Shown here piece by piece: positions 61,306 through 64,000 of a DNA stretch of 64,000 bases. How positions within the stretch are numbered: the stretch's first letter is position 1; each line of letters opens with the position of its first letter. Location: positions 1,488,001-1,552,000 of the forward strand of contig JBHGNT010000015.1 of NCBI GenBank assembly GCA_043228905.1, in the 5' to 3' direction. The stretch comes from Azolla caroliniana (Eukaryota; Plantae; Polypodiophyta). The notes under the pieces were generated by a model that made no database searches, was not told the origin of the DNA, and saw only the letters and a list, made by a program, of their open reading frames with translations. The translations under genes and the position numbers were made by a program.

Positions 61306-63417
61306 CTCTTGAAAAGGAGCAGGAAGTCAAAGGGTTTCAATATGGGTGTAGTCCATGGTCCCAATGTAAAAGATTTCTAGATGTTCATGTATTGTCCAAT
61401 AGGAATGACTTCCCATGTATGCAAAGAAGGGAGTAAATTTGGTAGCAGAATTAACCAATTTATTGTAAGCAAACTCTACAAATGCAAATAATCTCAATCA
61501 TTGTGTCGGTGGTTGCTGAAACAATGAAGATATTTATCCAATGTGTATTTGGTACATTTGATTTGATCATCAATGTGAGAATCTAAATTAATTTAATCAA
61601 ATAACAGAGGAAACAAGGAATGAAGGGTGTTTAACACCCGATCACCCCTTAGTGAAGGTGAGACAAGACTTGAGTCCCATCTCGACATCCCATACCATTG
61701 AGTTTGGACATGTATCATACATTGGGTAGGAATGCATATGTAAAGCTAGAGATTTGCCCCATTGTCATACTGTCTATGTAATAATTTTCCCCTTCATGAT
61801 GAAAGTTAGCCTTCTTTTATCAACCCAAACACTAGGCCCTTCTTTGTTTCACACTTCATTATTTTATTGGAAGAGGTCAAGTGATGAAATACTCAAAAGT
61901 TATTTCCCCCCATAGGATTGAGACTCAAACCTCGCCCTTCATTTGTTATGAAGTGGCCCACACCAACTAACCTTAAGGTTAGAAACCTTTGCTCATTATA
62001 CAATGCGATTACGCTCATAACATATTTCCCATCTTCAAAAAATTACATTCTTGCATTGAAAAGTTAGGGAAGTTGGTTTTACGAGAACTTTTGGCTCCCA
62101 TGTAACATCCATCCTTTTTATTTTAAACTATCCTTAGATTGTAAGTGTTTAGTTTAGATGTTGAATCATCAAAGTAACTAGAGTTTTAATAGAATTTGAA
62201 TAATCATCATAACCCAAGAGCTCTATGAGACAACTAATGTGAAAGACATGATCGATTATGATGCCAACTAGAAGTTCGATGCAATATATAAAGAAAGCAA
62301 TCACTTGAGGATTGTGAAAAGTCCACAAAATTGTGGAGCTAATTTACACATTTACCCATAAACAATTTCTTAGAGTCATGAGGCACATGTATGCATGGTC
62401 TTCACCTCTATTTAAACCGAATAGAAAATGGGTTGTTTGTTGATTATGGGGTCAACTGTTGTTTTTACATGTGATAATTATTCTCTTCTACTATTGCTCT
62501 TTTGGTTGAACAACAATATAACATATGTAACTTTGATTATGGATGGTGGCAGATTTAAAAACATAGTTGGCATTTCGAAATTGTCACTTGTAGCAAAAGT
62601 CTTCATTTGGAGGTATTGATTTAGGGTTTACCTGTGGGATTAGTGCTAAGGCCACATGGATAGCAACAAGCAATTGTTTCTTTTGTACTATTCAAGTGAA
62701 AGGTAATACTCATCATATCATACAATGTCTAATTGTTTGTTAAATTGGAGTTATAATTTTTAGATTCAACAAGTTTTGTCATGTTGTTATTTGATGCAAG
62801 ACAATGGGTGTTTACACAATACAACCCAAAATCACAAATGGAGATTGTTTTCCTAATTTGGAAATATTTGGGATTGTGCCATAATTGGGATATTTGCAAT
62901 CCTTTTGGTAGGTACGGAGTCAAAGCTTATTCATGAAAGTTGAAGTGTGTACTTATGTGGAAATTTTCTTTAATAGAACAAGAAAAAATCCTTTCCTCGA
63001 TGGAGTGTTCATCTATCCTATTGGTGATTGAACATGACCCACCACCCGATTAGAGGTGATTACACTCATTTGTGGTGCTAATGTAGTGTTTTTCATGCAT
63101 TTATGAATAATAATTGTGTATTTTTGTCAAGAGTGAGTGAGTGAGAAGGTGTTCTCATGTGGCATTTTTGGATGTTAGAGCATGTGGGCCTCAAGTGCAT
63201 ATTTAGGAATTTACAGGATGTCTCTCTCCCTACATAAGCAGGTAGAGAAGACTAAGAAGTTGTACGAAGCGGGTTTTACATACGAGTAATATAAGTGTGT
63301 GATTTTACCAACTAGAGAGAGAGAGAGATCCTAGATGGATGTAGCTCAGTTGGTAAGGTTGCCCAATGGAGACCAGGAGATCATGGCTCTCAAATAGCAA
63401 TTGTTTGTAGTTTGATC

Positions 63418-63989
63418 TAGCAATGGGCGCGGTTCGGTTTCTTGGCCTTGAAACCAAACCATTTATTTATATTAAAAACCAAACCAAATTGTTTAAATTT
63501 TATGAAGCCATTCAATGATCTTTCAGATCGGGTGTTGTGGGATAGAGTGGCTTCAATAGTTGCACAATCTCTACGGAAAACATAACATTGTAGATGATGT
63601 GCCTTTTTTAAAACTAATGGAAGGATATTTTGTTTAAAAATAAAAATAAAAATAAATAAATAAATAAATAAATAATGAAGCCATTTAAACTAGACCAAAT
63701 CAGTTTATCATAAATCAAAACCAAACCAAACCTATAAACATTTAAACCTTCAAAACTTTTAAACCTTTAAACCAAACCACATAAACCAAAATTGCTAAAC
63801 CGTGAAATTCAAAACCAATAAGCCGTTAAACCGCTAAACCATGAAATTCAAAACCGAACCAAACCGAAACCAAATTGGATCATAATATTTGAAACCAAAC
63901 GAAACGATTTATTTATCTTTGAACCAATAAACTGTTAAGCCATGGCTTAACAGTTCGGTTTGGTTCAAGCCGAAACCTTGCCCATGCTA
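63418..63989. mobile_element. Non-autonomous hAT-type MITE
   Basis: TIRs TAGCAATGGGC / GCCCATGCTA, 8-bp TSD GTTTGATC / GTTTGACC (1 mismatch), and many AAACC/AACCG subterminal repeats. Confidence 0.8.
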
Positions 63990-64000
63990 GTTTGACCAAC

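Overview
Eukaryotic (land-plant) nuclear DNA; no prokaryotic features. A non-seed plant such as a fern is inferred from the TE types, not shown. Four intron-containing host genes are supported by spliced in-frame reconstruction: a PIF/SPATULA-type bHLH (14939-17262, +), a PDAP1/HASPP28 28-kDa phosphoprotein (22383-25551, +), an NPH3/RPT2-like NRL protein of NCH1/RPT2 type (30686-33933, +) and a Rho(ROP) GDP-dissociation inhibitor (37375-40753, -). The left 8 kb is a cluster of decayed Copia and chromoviral Gypsy pieces, including a solo LTR flanked by a 178-bp direct duplication. The right side holds a three-level nest: an old Copia solo LTR is split by a young non-chromoviral Gypsy (45515-60707, identical 419-bp LTRs, TSD GTTTG), which is itself split by an intact Copia (52672-58024, identical 280-bp LTRs, TSD CGGCC). 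The most unusual observation is that this Gypsy has no polypurine tract next to its 3' LTR. In that position is a near-perfect copy of a tRNA-Arg 3' end that mirrors the normal tRNA-Arg PBS at the 5' LTR, which suggests tRNA priming of both DNA strands. The element also carries a cryptic ~889-codon sense-strand extra ORF with a long coiled coil. All tRNA and protein family assignments are from recalled sequence knowledge and need database confirmation.
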